Shown: in pieces, positions 14,738-29,064 of the stretch
Layout: each line of letters opens with the position of its first letter
Position numbering within the stretch: the first letter of the stretch is position 1
Source of the DNA: the human T2T-CHM13v2.0 reference genome, Homo sapiens
DNA length: 64,000 nt
Assembly: GCF_009914755.1 (NCBI RefSeq)
Contig: NC_060933.1
Direction: 5' to 3' (one strand)
Made by a program: the position numbers and the translations under genes
Notes under the pieces: model-generated
The model's input: the letters and a program-made list of their open reading frames with translations, nothing else
Databases searched by the model: none
What the model was told of the DNA's origin: nothing

Positions 14738-15203
14738 TTTTGGGAGACAACTCTCTATGGGTCTTTTGTGTTTCTGCATGTCTTAACAAGAGAGGCACTT
14801 ACTGCCCGTTATTTGGAGGGGGCTGTCTTTTCAAGGAGATTTATATAGAGAAGAGCCCTTGTAGATAGGGATAGTATCTCCCTCTGGAGCCAAGGGCAGG
14901 CATGCTCGCTGCTCATTATAAAAGATTCAAGTTCCCTAAGCTCAGGGTTCTTCTTTTGTAATGCAGCCCTCTGTGTGCACATGTGTCATCTGGCCTCCTT
15001 CATGTCACCCTGTGGGAATTGGATTTATAAAACTATTGCAAAAATGCTGATACTCTGGCTACTGCTATTGTTGTGAGTTATAAACTATCCTTCATCTATG
15101 GCCCGGGAATCTTGTGTCTTCTGCTATCAACCATGAAACTACGGCAGGATAAGTTATTTGCATGCAAGCAGGGGAAAATCTCAGAGCCTTCACCATTCCT
15201 GAT
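14738..15203 (+). mobile_element. ERVL-type solo LTR (LTR47-like)
   Basis: ttgggagacaactctctatgggtct start, TATA-like cattataaaag and a degenerate polyadenylation region. Family name uncertain. Confidence 0.55.
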
Positions 15204-17686
15204 GGAAATTTTACCAGGAAAGTTATGTTAAAATGAGTGCTCTTCCAAATATGTTGTTGGTGAATGATTATTCACTTCTCCAGAATTTAATAGAGAATGA
15301 GGCGGGGATAGAAAGGGGTGATATTCTTTATACTCCAGTTCTTGAAAAACAGGGCCATATGCCCCATACTTAAGAGAGTGGAGTGAGAGCTGTGGGGACA
15401 GAGAGAAGTGTAATGTGTCTTCTTTGACACCAATCATTTTTGGGATGACTATTTTTATGTACATTGAAATAAAATATGTTCTTTAATTTGGTGCCTTCTA
15501 AAACACAAATTGTTAAATGTGATTCCAACTTTCTTCAGGATGCAAGGCCCTCATTACAAACATAATTTACTGTGTTGGACTAAAGCCGTGCTCCCTGCTC
15601 TTCAGATGTCTTATGAAGGAACAACGCTGCTGCCTCCTTCCTAGGTGGTGGGTGTCACTTCACCAGGATGCAGTCTTCTTCTCTTGCTACTTTTCATCTT
15701 CAGAGCTATGTTTTTGGGTTAGGAAGCTGAATTTCACGCTTAACTCTGGGCCCCGTTCTCACATGAAGAAGAGAGAAACCTCTCTTGTATAGTAAATTGC
15801 ATTGCGCTAGCTTTATGACAGTTCAGCACTTTGGGACTTTTACACTCTAGGCTGAATCTTACAGGTATATGTGGAAGATACAATGTTTTATCCTCATCAT
15901 TTTCTACATGTCGGTCTCTCTTTTCCAAGTTTTAAAGATTATCTTGTGTCTCTTTTATTAATTAATTGTAGAGTGAATCACTTCTCTGTGAAGCTCTAAT
16001 GGCTATTTCCCAGCGTGTATGACAATCTCGTGCTAATTACTAATTTGCTTGTTTTCCACAATGATTATTCCCTTGATGTCTTCAAACAGTGCTTATTTAT
16101 AGGTATTTCACTAATAACAATTATATTAATTATATTAGTATATTGTTTCATATATTTTATATTTTATAAAACATTAATTCATTATATGACATCTATAAAA
16201 TAAAATAATTATGCATGCTATATAATAACACTATACTCCTACATATACTAAAGATAATATGTATATATTCATGTAAATTCAGATCATAAATATCTATAGG
16301 TAAAAAAAATTTTATATACATATCTACCTAGATGGATATACAACATAGGAAGGTGGGTTTTGCTGTGGTGACAAAGTAGCCTTCAAATCTCAATGGCTTA
16401 AATAACAAAAAGTAACTTCTTGTTTACATGCTGTGTCTAACATGACTGTGAGGGTCCACACAGTCCTCAGGATGTGACAGGTCCTGTTCTTCAGTTACAT
16501 ATTTGAGATCTCTCAGGAGAGCAGGGCAGGCCTCTCAAGCAGGTCTGAAATGGCGTGACAGAGCCATGAAAAGATACTGGCTTGGGTTTTTGTTGAGGCG
16601 AGAAAGTGGGCCCAGGTAAATATTCACCTGCATGTGCTTAGGCCGGGGCTTGCATGATTCGAATCTTTCTCTGTACTGCCAAAAGAGGAAGCACCAGGCT
16701 TTCCTGTCAGCTTTCCCAGTTGCAGGGCACAAGAGGAAGAGCAAGAGTGAGGCTTAAAAGCTGCCAACAGTCAAACATCAGAAAATGGAGTCAGATGCCT
16801 CATTACGATGCTGAATAATTGAAAGTGATGGGGTTTTGTGGAATCTCCCTGAGGCATCGGTTGAGGGTCAGAGGAAAGGCGACATTCTGCAGCAAAAGAA
16901 AGGGAAGATGAGAGAGCGCATGTCAAGTCCCCTTTATGGCAGAAGGGCCTCAGAAACAGCTTGAGACACAGAGGTCTGGCTTTCGGTTTTCTTGTTAGAC
17001 TTGATCCATAAGTCAGTGCATGCCCTTGTTTCTATTACTACTTAAGTGAGTTCACAAAGTTGAAGAGATTCTAAAAAGTGCTTTAGTTTTATTAAAGGTC
17101 TTTCCAGTAGATAACCACCCTATTAGCCTCTATCTAACTAAGCAAGGACAGAGAACTCCAGTCTGTAGGTCTCGGATATAATGCCTCGACTGACCAGCCA
17201 TAAGATGAGACCCCCGCACTAAAGCATAAGATGTAGAGTAATGGGGCTCATGGAGAGTTGGCACATTAGGCCAGAAGCTGAGGGGTGAAAGGCATCAGGG
17301 TGTCTGCAAGTACATTATGAACCAATCACACACATCTGGATAGGCACTAGTGTCTTTCTCAAATAAACTATTTCATTTAACATTTAATTAGCCATGTAAA
17401 ATAGTTCAAAGGCTCACAGTAGAATTATTCAAAGAAAGAAACCTAAGTTAGGAGAAAGGAGAGGAGATTTTAAATAGGAAACCACATGAGTAGTATAAAA
17501 TAAAATATGTCTCCTTCTCTCCCGTAGTGTTTAAAGGTTATTTTCCCATATTTTAAGGCCTTCAGCTTTGTGGGTTAAACTGAAGTTTTATAAGAAGACT
17601 GTATTAGAACAGGAATGATACATCTCCCCACCAACACACACTGCTTCATCTTATGTGTGTTGTTACAAATTATGAATTTATTTAAG

Positions 17687-17825
17687 GCTGTTTCCCAAAT
17701 CTAGCTAATAATGAAAATTACCTGGAACTTGTTTAAAAAAAATAGATTCCCAAGCATCATCCAGACCTACTTCATCAAAATTTCCAGCTGGGAAGTTTGC
17801 AGATGTGTATTTTTAACAGGTAGTG
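17687..17825. mobile_element. MER5-like hAT fragment
   Basis: aattacctgg...aaaaatagattccc...ccagacctact..atcaaaatttcc...tgtatttttaaca. Confidence 0.55.
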
Positions 17826-20800
17826 CCTACACGATTCCGACAGTAGCCAAACTCTGATGCTCCTCCAACATGTGGCAAGGTGTTGGCCCTATATTGGATG
17901 GACAAGGTCTCTGCTGTCTGCTAAGTAAAACCTGGGGCGGTACAGTAGAAAGACACCAGGTTTTAGAAAATATTAACTGTCCAAAAGAAATCTTCTGGGT
18001 TTTGTTCCATTTAGTTGATTCTACTTTGGTTTTGCTATGGAGGGAACATATTTTGTTGGTTAATACACAGCTCACTTTGGTTGTTTGGTAGGACTGTCCG
18101 TGTCATTTAGGTAACCTTTCTTTTTTGGTCTAATGCCCTGTCCACCAGCAGGACATGGTTTAATAATATTTTCTCTTCAGAAATATGTCTTATAGCCCAC
18201 CCATTCCCCCAGACTGTGAGACTCTTGAAAGCAAAGAGCAGGTGTTTTCTAACATGTACCTTTGGCAATTAGGAGAGGGATTTTTATTGAATATGAGAAT
18301 TCATGAATGAATTAATGCATGAATACATACATGTGATTTTTGGGTAAATTAATTAAAGGAGTTCAAGATAATTATGAAACATGCAGTGTACAAAATTCAG
18401 TCAGTAGTTCTCTTTCAAACAGAGTTTATGTGATCATTATTCCCAAAGAGTTACTTACACACATCCAACACCATAAAAATCTGAGCACTAAAGCTAATGT
18501 ATAATGAAAGAGTGGTAAAGCCCTCTCAAGGTCTTTTAGCAGAAAGCAGCTGATAAAATTTCTTAACAGGGAGAGCATCCTAAAAGAGAAGTGGTAAAAT
18601 GTGCCCATATATATAACCTTAAAACATGTATGTGTCATACAAAAAAGCTTTACAAGTGGGAACTGGCTAAGCATTTTTACTATACATTTTATTCATTTAT
18701 TAGCTTGGGTTCTTGCCTGACATTGCTGCATTTCTCTTCGTTGAAGAATTTTATTATACTCACTTGTCTATTTATATGAACATCTGCGTTCATGCCAGGT
18801 TTTTTTTTTCTTTATATAGTATCTAACACACCATGGTACACACATTGGTACTTAATAAAAATTATTTGAGCATGAAGATTTGATTACTGGCAAATGGTGG
18901 TTGAATATTTAATAGAAGAAGACATCTTTGCATTTAAATGTATGCTCATTTTAAAAATGCTAACGAGAAATAGTTGGGGGGAAAAACCTTTAAGAATGAG
19001 CTGTCATGTTTCTGGGTTATGTCGGCAATAATTCTCTACTATATTAGTTCCTTCAAAGGTGAGTGGTTTCTGATTATGATATAACCTTAACTTGCCATCT
19101 GTTATGAAACAGTGTATAAAGCTTAAACTTAGGATTTTCAGCTTCACAAATTCTCCAACAATTATGAACTCTTACTGACTTCATAATTAAGTCTAGACAA
19201 GGTTAACAATCACCTGCCATTCTGTTAATGTAATTGTTCATCCATGAACCTTGCAAATTCTTCTAAGTAATTGTGATATTTGCTTTTAAAAACAAACATT
19301 CTTATAATCTTTCTGAGAGTGAAAATTCTGTGACAAATCAGGAAAACTCTTGGGGCTTAAAGAGGCCTTGTTAAACCCATCTTAACCAATTCCCCATCTA
19401 CTTTCTGAAACTCCAACCTTGAGTTGAAGAACATAAAGAGTAGCTTTTCAACATTATTCTGCTATGGCAGAGTTGGGATTAGAATTCATGTCTTTGTAAT
19501 CCAAAATTCTTTCTAGTGCCCCACACAAATTCTTGGGGAAGTTATTTTATAAATAAAGATGGAATTTAGTACAGTAAAGCAGTCAGGACCTGTGATTTTA
19601 TGAAACAATATCCTCATGATTCTGCTGCTATATGACTCTTACACAGTCAGATAATCTACAGATACTTGCTGCTGTGGGCAGCATCTGCCATTGCTATATA
19701 TGATGTGCTGAGTGTTTTTCTCAGTAGAATATACATTTTGATTACAGGATGGTCAGCATCTTATGAACTATAACTTACTTTCCACATGGTTCTCTGTAAT
19801 GACCAGAAATTTAACAATAATCACAGGTGTTTGTTTCTGATGTGAAGAACATTTCCTAAAATGATATTGGACCTACTGCCATTAAGAAGGAAGCAGAGGC
19901 CCAAGCTCAACTCAGTTCAGGGTCTCTAATATCTACCACTCTCTCTTCCTCGCTCTCTATATCTCTCTCACCTCACTCCCCCATCTTTCAATGGAAGCTC
20001 AACTACTAAGAGGTAGAGAAAGAATTCTAACATAGGAGTGTTTGACCCCAGACTGTGCTCTTAGCCATTATTCTGCACTGCCACCCATGTAACCTGCTCC
20101 TCCATCCTCACTGGACCATCCTGAGTAAGCGGCCACCCCCAGCCACCTAGTGCAGGTGACCCAGGGCCCTTGCTCAAATGCACACAACCCAGAACTCCCT
20201 TTGATCCTGTCCCCATCATATACAGTGGGAGATGGAGAGAGCTGCTTGTTGTAAATGTTCAACATTTCATTGAACTTTAAGATTATTTTCCCCTTCAATG
20301 AAAGCCTTCTGAGAGCAAATTTTCATAGTCACCAGCAACTCTGGCCCTGTAAAATATGTTCTTTCATGATGAAAATTACCCTTTATCACTTAGACCTGCC
20401 CTTCCCACATATACTAAATGCAATCCAATGTAATGAGAATATGGCTAGTCAATCACAGGTCATAAATTAATAAGTTTTTACTCTGGGTCCATTTGATATA
20501 ATAGAAATTATTCTCAGAGGAGGGTTATCAATTTAGAACATACAATTTAGGGAGAGATACCACTGACACTGATTCTACTGCTGAGCTCTTCTTTCCAACA
20601 CGGTTGAATGCACCTTTTCAAAGAGCAGAGCTTCGTGTTGCAGTCAGAGAGCATGGATATATGAGGTCCTAGAATAATCAGAAAGCCATCCAGTTGTGCA
20701 TTGCTTCATTCTTTCATTTGGTCATTGTCTTCCCCTTTTAGGTTTTCAAAGGAAGAAAAATATTATTTCCCATGGAAACATCTAAAAAATTTGATTGGAC

Positions 20801-21172
20801 CCAGTTAGTCAGAAATTCCAGAATGAAAGCAGTATTTTTTTCAGTAGTGGCAAGATAACTCTAAAGTTTTTTGTCATGGAAAAAATGTAAGTGGAAAGAG
20901 TTGTAAACCTAATGTTTGCAAGAGACAAATTGTCATTGATCATTCCTTCCTGGCCAACCCCTTCTCCTCACCCTCTTCCTTCTTTAGACTGTATATTCTG
21001 TTATATCCTTTGTTCCCTTATTCATTCCTTCCTTTTGTAAACTTTTATTGTATATATTCTATATTCTAGTCCCTAATGAGATGAGGGGTACAATTTTATT
21101 TTCACATAGGACTGCATATGGGTAACACTTGGCATTACAGGATAGAAAGGGTGAGAATGGAGAGGCTTCAGA

Positions 21173-21290
21173 GCAATGGTTCTCAGCCACGGCTGCAGTT
21201 GGAGTCACCTGCAGAGTTTTTAAAACAATACTAATGCTTGGGATGCACTCCACAGCCATTGAATCAGAATTTCTGGAGGGTGGTGGATAT
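21173..21290. mobile_element. MER5-like hAT fragment
   Basis: caatggttctcagcc...ggagtcacctg...ttgaatcagaatttctgg. Confidence 0.6.
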
Positions 21291-23629
21291 TTTTGTGTCC
21301 TTAGATAGGATACAAAAGGAAATAGGAATCCATGAACCTGGGGCAAGAGAACCTTTGGGTCCCTAACTTGCTTGTGTTTCCTGTAGATAGCCTAATATGC
21401 CTCGGCAGCACAGGGCAGATCAAGAGAAACCAGCAACACAAATATCAGTTGGCTTCCTCAGAATTAACAAGACAAAATATCCTTCAGGCTTCTGCCATTT
21501 TATACCATGGTAATTGCAAGAAAAAAAAATCAACTGACCTTTGAAATAGCAGTTTACAGAGTCCTGAACTCATTGACTTCTCCTCCCATGGTGACCAGCC
21601 TCTAGACAAGCATGCAAGGTTCATCTGTCTTCTCCGCTTATCCCAGGCAGCCCACTTGCTTTCCAGAGCCACTACTTTTGCTTCACAAATTTCAAATTGT
21701 AAAGAGTAAACCTGAGAGGGAGCAGTGAGTGTGAAAGACTTGAGGGAAGAGCAAGCTTCCCTTCAAGGGGTAATAGAACTATAGGCATCAGTCAGAAAGT
21801 ATTTGCACTACGGAATATCCAACCCATTCTATGGAGGAGGAAACTGAAGCAACATTTAAATGACTCATCAAGCTAACACTGTTCGTGTCTAATGCTTCCT
21901 CAAACTCCATCTCCAGATTCCTTATCCCTGTTTCAATGTCCTGATACCTAGCTATGGAGCAAACTACGTTTTGAATAAAATGACAAATATTAACCTTGAA
22001 AATAGAGAAGGCATTCTCTTGACTAACAGGAAAAAATCATATTCATTTAACACATATACATTGGAGTGCACAGACAATAACAGCTCCTCAAGCTAAAGAC
22101 AGTGTAAACCAAGAGGGCAAAAGGCATAATTTTAGATCTGAGGAAGCAGAATAATTGCTTGGCAGCCAAAAAAGAAAAGAAAAGAGACATAAAAACACCG
22201 CAATTGTATGTAGTTTTGTGGACTATCAACAACCACAAAGTGTCCTTGTGTATCTATGTTGATTGTGAAAATGGCCACAGGTCTCAAGTCAACCTTTTAT
22301 CTCTGTCTCGTAGCATGGGGAATGTCAACACAGTAGAGACATGTTTGCAAGTGAAACACAAGTAAAGCCAAGCAGATACCTTTCCTTACAGGATATATGA
22401 AGTCTTGGGCTGAGAAGCTACATGCTTCATTTGGAAATGGAAATTGTTGGGTATGGCTGTGCTGGGGTCAATACTATAAAATGCTCTTGCTATTTTTGTG
22501 TAGGGGGCAGGATGTGAGAGGGAAAAGGAAGGAAGATGTGATAAAGCATAACTGGTATGCAGAAATATATTGTGTCTCTTGTACATTTACAGTCCTAATT
22601 TTTGCAGAGTTAATTTTATTCTTGGTGGAGAGGGCAGGTACAGGTGAGACAGGTAGCACTGGAGGAAGATGCTGCAGAGGTGGTTTTTAATGTCCTGCTT
22701 GGAGGGCAGACTGTTTAAAAGTCTTAGCTTTTTCCAGCCTGACTTGAGTTGCTGATACACTGTAATATTTAAGATCATGTCATCCAGAACATATTGATAT
22801 TGAACCACATTGGTCTTTGTGAATGTCCTACTGGAGCCACAAAGCAGGATCACATTCCATTTGATACAGGTAGGTTTTGCCTTATAGGGATGGGTATTTC
22901 TGTTGTCAGTCAACTGGGAGTAGCTCATTCCTGGCACAGGAATATGGCCTAGAATAAATCTTTAGGCTTGAGAAAGAAAGATATTCCTTCTCTCTCTAGG
23001 CTCTGCCATGCTTGGTCTTGGACTCCAAAGCTCAGGCGCTCCAAATACTCATGATGAAAGGAGTGAACTGATCTCTAATAGCTGGGAAAGAGTCAGAGAC
23101 TAGAAAGAAAGTGGCTTTGTGGATTTTACAGAATAGTTCCCTTCCATCATCCTTGCTGTTCAATTAAGTCATTTAAAAGTTTACGGTCTTGTCTTAGATA
23201 ATATGGGGAATTAGGAAAGAACTTGCTTCACGCATGGCATGGGGAAGTCAAGTGTAGGCATGCAGTTTTCCCCTCTAAACAAAGTGTTGGTAGCAGAAAC
23301 AAATGCTCCCAAAGGATGACCATACCCAGCAGAGGGGTGGTCATCTAGCAAGGGGACAGTGACAGCAGAAATAGAGGCCAGAGCCAAAGGACATGAGGGA
23401 ACTGATTCCGAATATCAAGGAAGTGATAGAAACAGTCAGAAAGAGCGGGTGGGCTATGTGGAATTGGGGGCTCTGAGTGATTGCAAATAACTTCAGTTGG
23501 AGTAAAATCAGTGAAGATTGTACTCTGACTGGCAAATATCTTTATGAGATGATCCAGGAACCAAGCAAGTATTCTAAATACACTGCCAAACATTGTCATC
23601 TGTCGTCCTCACAAGCCAGCCCTGATAAT

Positions 23630-23870
23630 AAAAACTGCTAACAAACATGTATGACAAGTTTCTTCTGTGCCACATACAGTGCTAACACTTTACAATCCTT
23701 AGGCTAACATTGAGTTTCATGTTATAAACTTCTTTTTGGTGATGAGGAATCTGAGACCTTAAAAGGTTAAATAAATGGTCCAAGATCAACAGCTACTAAG
23801 TGGTAGAACTGGGAATCAAACAAAGATCACTTGTTCCAAGCCTGAACTCTTGATCACTGTGCTGTCCACT
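23630..23870 (-). mobile_element. MIR
   Basis: MIR core gatgaggaatctgagac..aaaggttaaataaatggtccaagatcaacagcta. Confidence 0.65.
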
Positions 23871-25296
23871 GGGAGCCAAAAATGAAGGTTTGGGAGTGTT
23901 GATGGTGGCAAGGGTGAGGGTGGAGGGAGTGAAAAGAAGGAAGGGAATAGAATCAATAGGACACACTTCCACAATTGTAGGATTTATTAACTTAATCATT
24001 TTTCAGGGAAAGTAAAAAACAATGTCAATTGTAAGGTACCTCCTCCTTTCATAAGTATTAAAACAAGATAAATGAGTATCATAGAATCTGGGAAATACAT
24101 TAAGTGCTTCCTATAGTCCATATTAATTCCATAAAGGCTTGTGCATGTTATCTCATTTAATATGTATTATAATACCAGAGAAGTAAATTATTTGCTCAAG
24201 GTTCTACAGCTGGTTAGTGACAACAAAAGAACTTAAACCCACACCTGCTTGAGTATTAATTCAATGTTTAGCGGGTAGAAAGCCTCTATTCCTAATTTTT
24301 TTCTCTGAATACAAGATCCCATGACTCCACACTTGAAAGAATGCTTTTAGATGTGCTTTCCATAATTGCTGCTCCTGAAAGCAATGTAGGTAAGAGTTCT
24401 ACAGTCACCTTCAGACATTTTGGATGCATTAGAGAAAACGGTAACGGCTTCTACAATTTACCTAGCAACCACTCCTTTCAGGAGCTTTCTTTGAGAGCCA
24501 AGTTACTTATGTGATTTCCAGCCAATTTACTTCCAGCCAGTTTACTGACATTGTTCAAGTCATCATACACGAAGGGTTATTATGATTTCTTACCTAGGAA
24601 AGGTATAAATATATTTCAATGTGCCAGCTTCTCTCAATGTGAAATATTCATCCTGGTTTATGTATATTTGGAAATTGTGAAAAATGTTTTTGGACAAATT
24701 AATTTAATTGAAGCTGATATTTATTACTCTTATGGTTATAGGAGTTCAATGTAACTTCTTAAAAGTTTCCTGCTTATAAAAAAAGCATGCTTAACTATAG
24801 GGGGTATTTGTTTCATTGAGTAACAGAATTCTGTAAGACTTGATAGCCACAGAAGAGAACTTATAATAGAAAGTGATTGTTGGAAAGTGACTACATCCAT
24901 ATACACATGCATGCACACATGTGTTTATGTGTAGGAGTGTCCATGTGTATATAGATGTATACACATAACTACATATACATATGCACTTGGAGGAACCATT
25001 TGAACTTTGTAAAAGGTAATGGATATAAAATGCCCCTAGATAAATAAATTTACACATTATCGTAGGCATAAACACATGCACTCATATGTCTAAAGATGCA
25101 CACAAATGCTTCTTTCTCCCAAGAATAGTCAGGAAAAATTGAATGTAAAATGAATTTTCAAATTGGTTTTAATTAACTGGATGAGCCAATATTTAATTGA
25201 ATAGCTTTTATTGAAAAGTTAAGACTCTTTGGACAATTAATATGATTTACAAAATAAAAGTATATGTTTAGTCTTCTCGAAGTAAGGTACCATTAA

Positions 25297-25301
<5 letters not shown>

Positions 25302-25347
<46 letters not shown>
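25302..25347. repeat. (TA)n microsatellite
   Basis: About 22 perfect TA units. Confidence 0.97.
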
Positions 25348-25355
<8 letters not shown>

Positions 25356-28306
25356 GTTCCATCAAAGTCAGTCAGTTGCAAATATTTATTTAGCACCTAC
25401 TATGTCCCTAACACTTTTCCAGGTGTTGGAGAATCTGTGTGTATATGTGTGTGTGTGTCTGTGTGTGTGTGTGTGCAGACAGAGAATGAAGGTATGAAAT
25501 TGTAACAACAAACTTATTGAAACAAAAATTCTGTGGTCTCCCAGCAGCCTGTCTGTCCTTGGGAGGCTGTTAACTGCATATGGAACTGAGCTCTCCTGGG
25601 CACTATTAGCACATAGTCTGTCCTTAATCTCAGCCTTTTAATCTAGAGCAGACTTTTACGTTTGATTCCCATATGCAAATTCAAGCCCATATCCAGATAA
25701 TCCAATATATTCATTTTAAAGTCCACTCTGCAACTTCAAAGTCAACAACACATTGAGAACATTATTCCAAACAAAAATATACATATTCAGATCTTTAAAC
25801 TTTTTACTATGACTTGTAGGCTGCGTAGAAAAACTAAGAAGGTAGCAATCACTTCTCTGGGAGTTCAGAATAGTATGCTTTCTAAAATCCTTCAACAGTT
25901 AAGTAATACCAAGAAATTGGCTCCCTCAAGCAATAAGTTACTCTGATATTCACCAAAATATAACAACAAACTGGCTGTCAAGTTTGGCAACCATTTGAAA
26001 AGAGGCGGGCCTCCTCTCTGAACTCTGAATGGAAACATTATTTTTCCTCCTGTAGAAGCCATCATCACTCTTTCACTAGAAGGAAGGTTACAGCATCTTT
26101 CACAAAAGATTTGCCTGCTTGTAATTACTGCCTGCAGCGTACAGACAAATGCAATTTTTAAAATGCTAACTGTGTTATACTTACACTCAAGGGATCCCCG
26201 GGTACAAATGTAACGCGGCCTCACCAGTTTGTCTTAGTGAGACCTTACAGTGCTGATTGAAAACAGCTGAACTAAATCAACAGTTACCTTGAGCCAGGGG
26301 CCTTTGGAGAGCAATTAGAGTCAAGGCTTGGGTTTTGAACCCAATATGCTCTGTCAGTCTCAATGATTTGTGTTTGTTGTACTCAGTCTCATTTCCTGCA
26401 TGAAATATGAGGCTGTATAAAGAGAAAAAATTCCCAAGATTAAAAAATATTTGACCTCAGTGCATTTGTGAGCAGAGAAGTACACATGTCTAAATGACCA
26501 TTTGGGTTTGTAGTACAAAGTTCTATTGATGTTGGCAGCCCAAGCTTCCCAGTCTCAAAGCCACATGAATGGTTTCGAGTTTCAGCCAAAAAATGTTTTC
26601 CACATGCTTTAGTGTGGGCCAATTTACACAGTAGATTTCGTGGATACTGTGGCCAAGTGCTTCATAAAGGGCTGCCTTCTCTGGGATCAGGGAAACCACA
26701 ACAGACACATTGCTAATGCAATCTAATTATCTGCTTGAATATTTTTCCAGATGTATCCAATGTCTAAAAATACTGCAATAAAAAAGGTATTATTTGACTC
26801 CCTCGACTGAAACAGTGGCATAAAGAACCTGTTTGTCTAGAGGGAAAGTTATGACATTGTACTTCTATGACTGCATTTAAATCAGTCAGTCGAAACAGTA
26901 CCCACAGGGCAGGCTGTACTTTCTGTTTGAATGAGTCTTCCAAACCAAGACCTTTAGTTAGCATAAGAGATCATTCCTTTATATAAAGGGATGACCCTCT
27001 CACTTAGAAGTTAATTCCTCTCATTTGTGGTTTCCTAATTTGATTGAGGTTGGTTAGTGTAACTCATGACAAAGATCCCATGCTTTTCCCACTCAGCTCA
27101 TTGTATGCCTCACACAACAGGAGAGCAGGCCATTTCCTTCCTGCCAGGGGAAAAATTCTTTCGACTAATAAGTTGAGATTTTTACCCTGTCCCCATAGAA
27201 ATACTGGCTGTTCTGAAGGTCTTAATGTTTCGCTTTTGTTTTCCTTCAACAGAATTTATTTTTGTATAGCAAGTCCCATACTTCAGCCTAGTTTCCTTTG
27301 TGTCACTTGGATTTCAGCTAGTCCAGCAGATACATGATGTTATGCCAGGTTATTGTTCAAGCTGTTGGCAATGACGCTCATTCCTAATACATCCAACTGC
27401 CTAGGAGAATACAAGCACATGCCGTAGGAATTTGTTGAATTAAGTTGAGAGGCCAATTTTACCAACCTGTGTCTTTACACACACTTTTAACAAAGATTCT
27501 AGAATGAATTGTAAAGTTCCAAATAAATGGGCAACACACATACACACACACACTTTTTCAAGAAACTGAAAAACTTAAGACAATTTTTTACCTTACTCTT
27601 TTTCTTTCCAGTCCTCCTTCTAGCAGCAAGGATTAGGAGCACAGGGATGCATTCTGTATTACACCTTTTAGGAAGCAATAAATCAGAGGCAAGACATCAC
27701 CTTCATTGCTTTAATTGGTCTCAGTCATAACCACAAAACCACTGTGCCAGCTTCCCTAATTCCCATATAGCACCGCTGGAGTGAGCAGAGCTCTCCAACA
27801 CACAGATACCTTTAAATAGTTATGCACTGAAGTTGTGGCTGAAACTAAAGAAAAAGGCAGCAGAGTGCCAAGAACTTCACGTGAGCTAATGATGAGCAAA
27901 CGAGTCCCCCCAGGCTCCTTCATTCCATTCTCCTTAATTGAGCTATTCTCCTTGCAAGAAGAGTTTTTGCTGATTGATTTGACTCTATTGTTTCTTGTGA
28001 AATCCAGAAACCTTACCCTCATTCACTCTACTGTTGTTTCTTTTTTTCCCAGCTGGGATATGGTTTCAAAATATGTTCCTAGTTCGCTAAAAGACATCCC
28101 TAGGGAATGAGGTCACTTGGGTTTTTCAATTAGAAAAAAAAATAAACAGTTTTATTCTTCTGGCAATCCTTTTTTCATTGTATGACCCCTCCTAATAGCA
28201 ATGTTCCATTATCTTATTTCCATGTAGCATCAGAATGTTCTCAGGAAAGGGGGACAGATAAGAGATGTAATGAGATGCTAGTCACTTTGGCAAACAGCAT
28301 ATTCTA

Positions 28307-28731
<425 letters not shown>

Positions 28732-28741
28732 TCACAAAAAC

Positions 28742-29064
<323 letters not shown>

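Noticed and set aside
26192-26205. ggatccccgggtac resembles the pUC polylinker (BamHI-SmaI-KpnI)
   Set aside because: The match is only 14 bp, the KpnI site is incomplete and the flanks are not vector sequence; most likely chance.
27756-28110. Overlapping ~90-aa ORFs on both strands in unique sequence
   Set aside because: No recognisable domain and no convincing flanking splice sites; the length is expected by chance.
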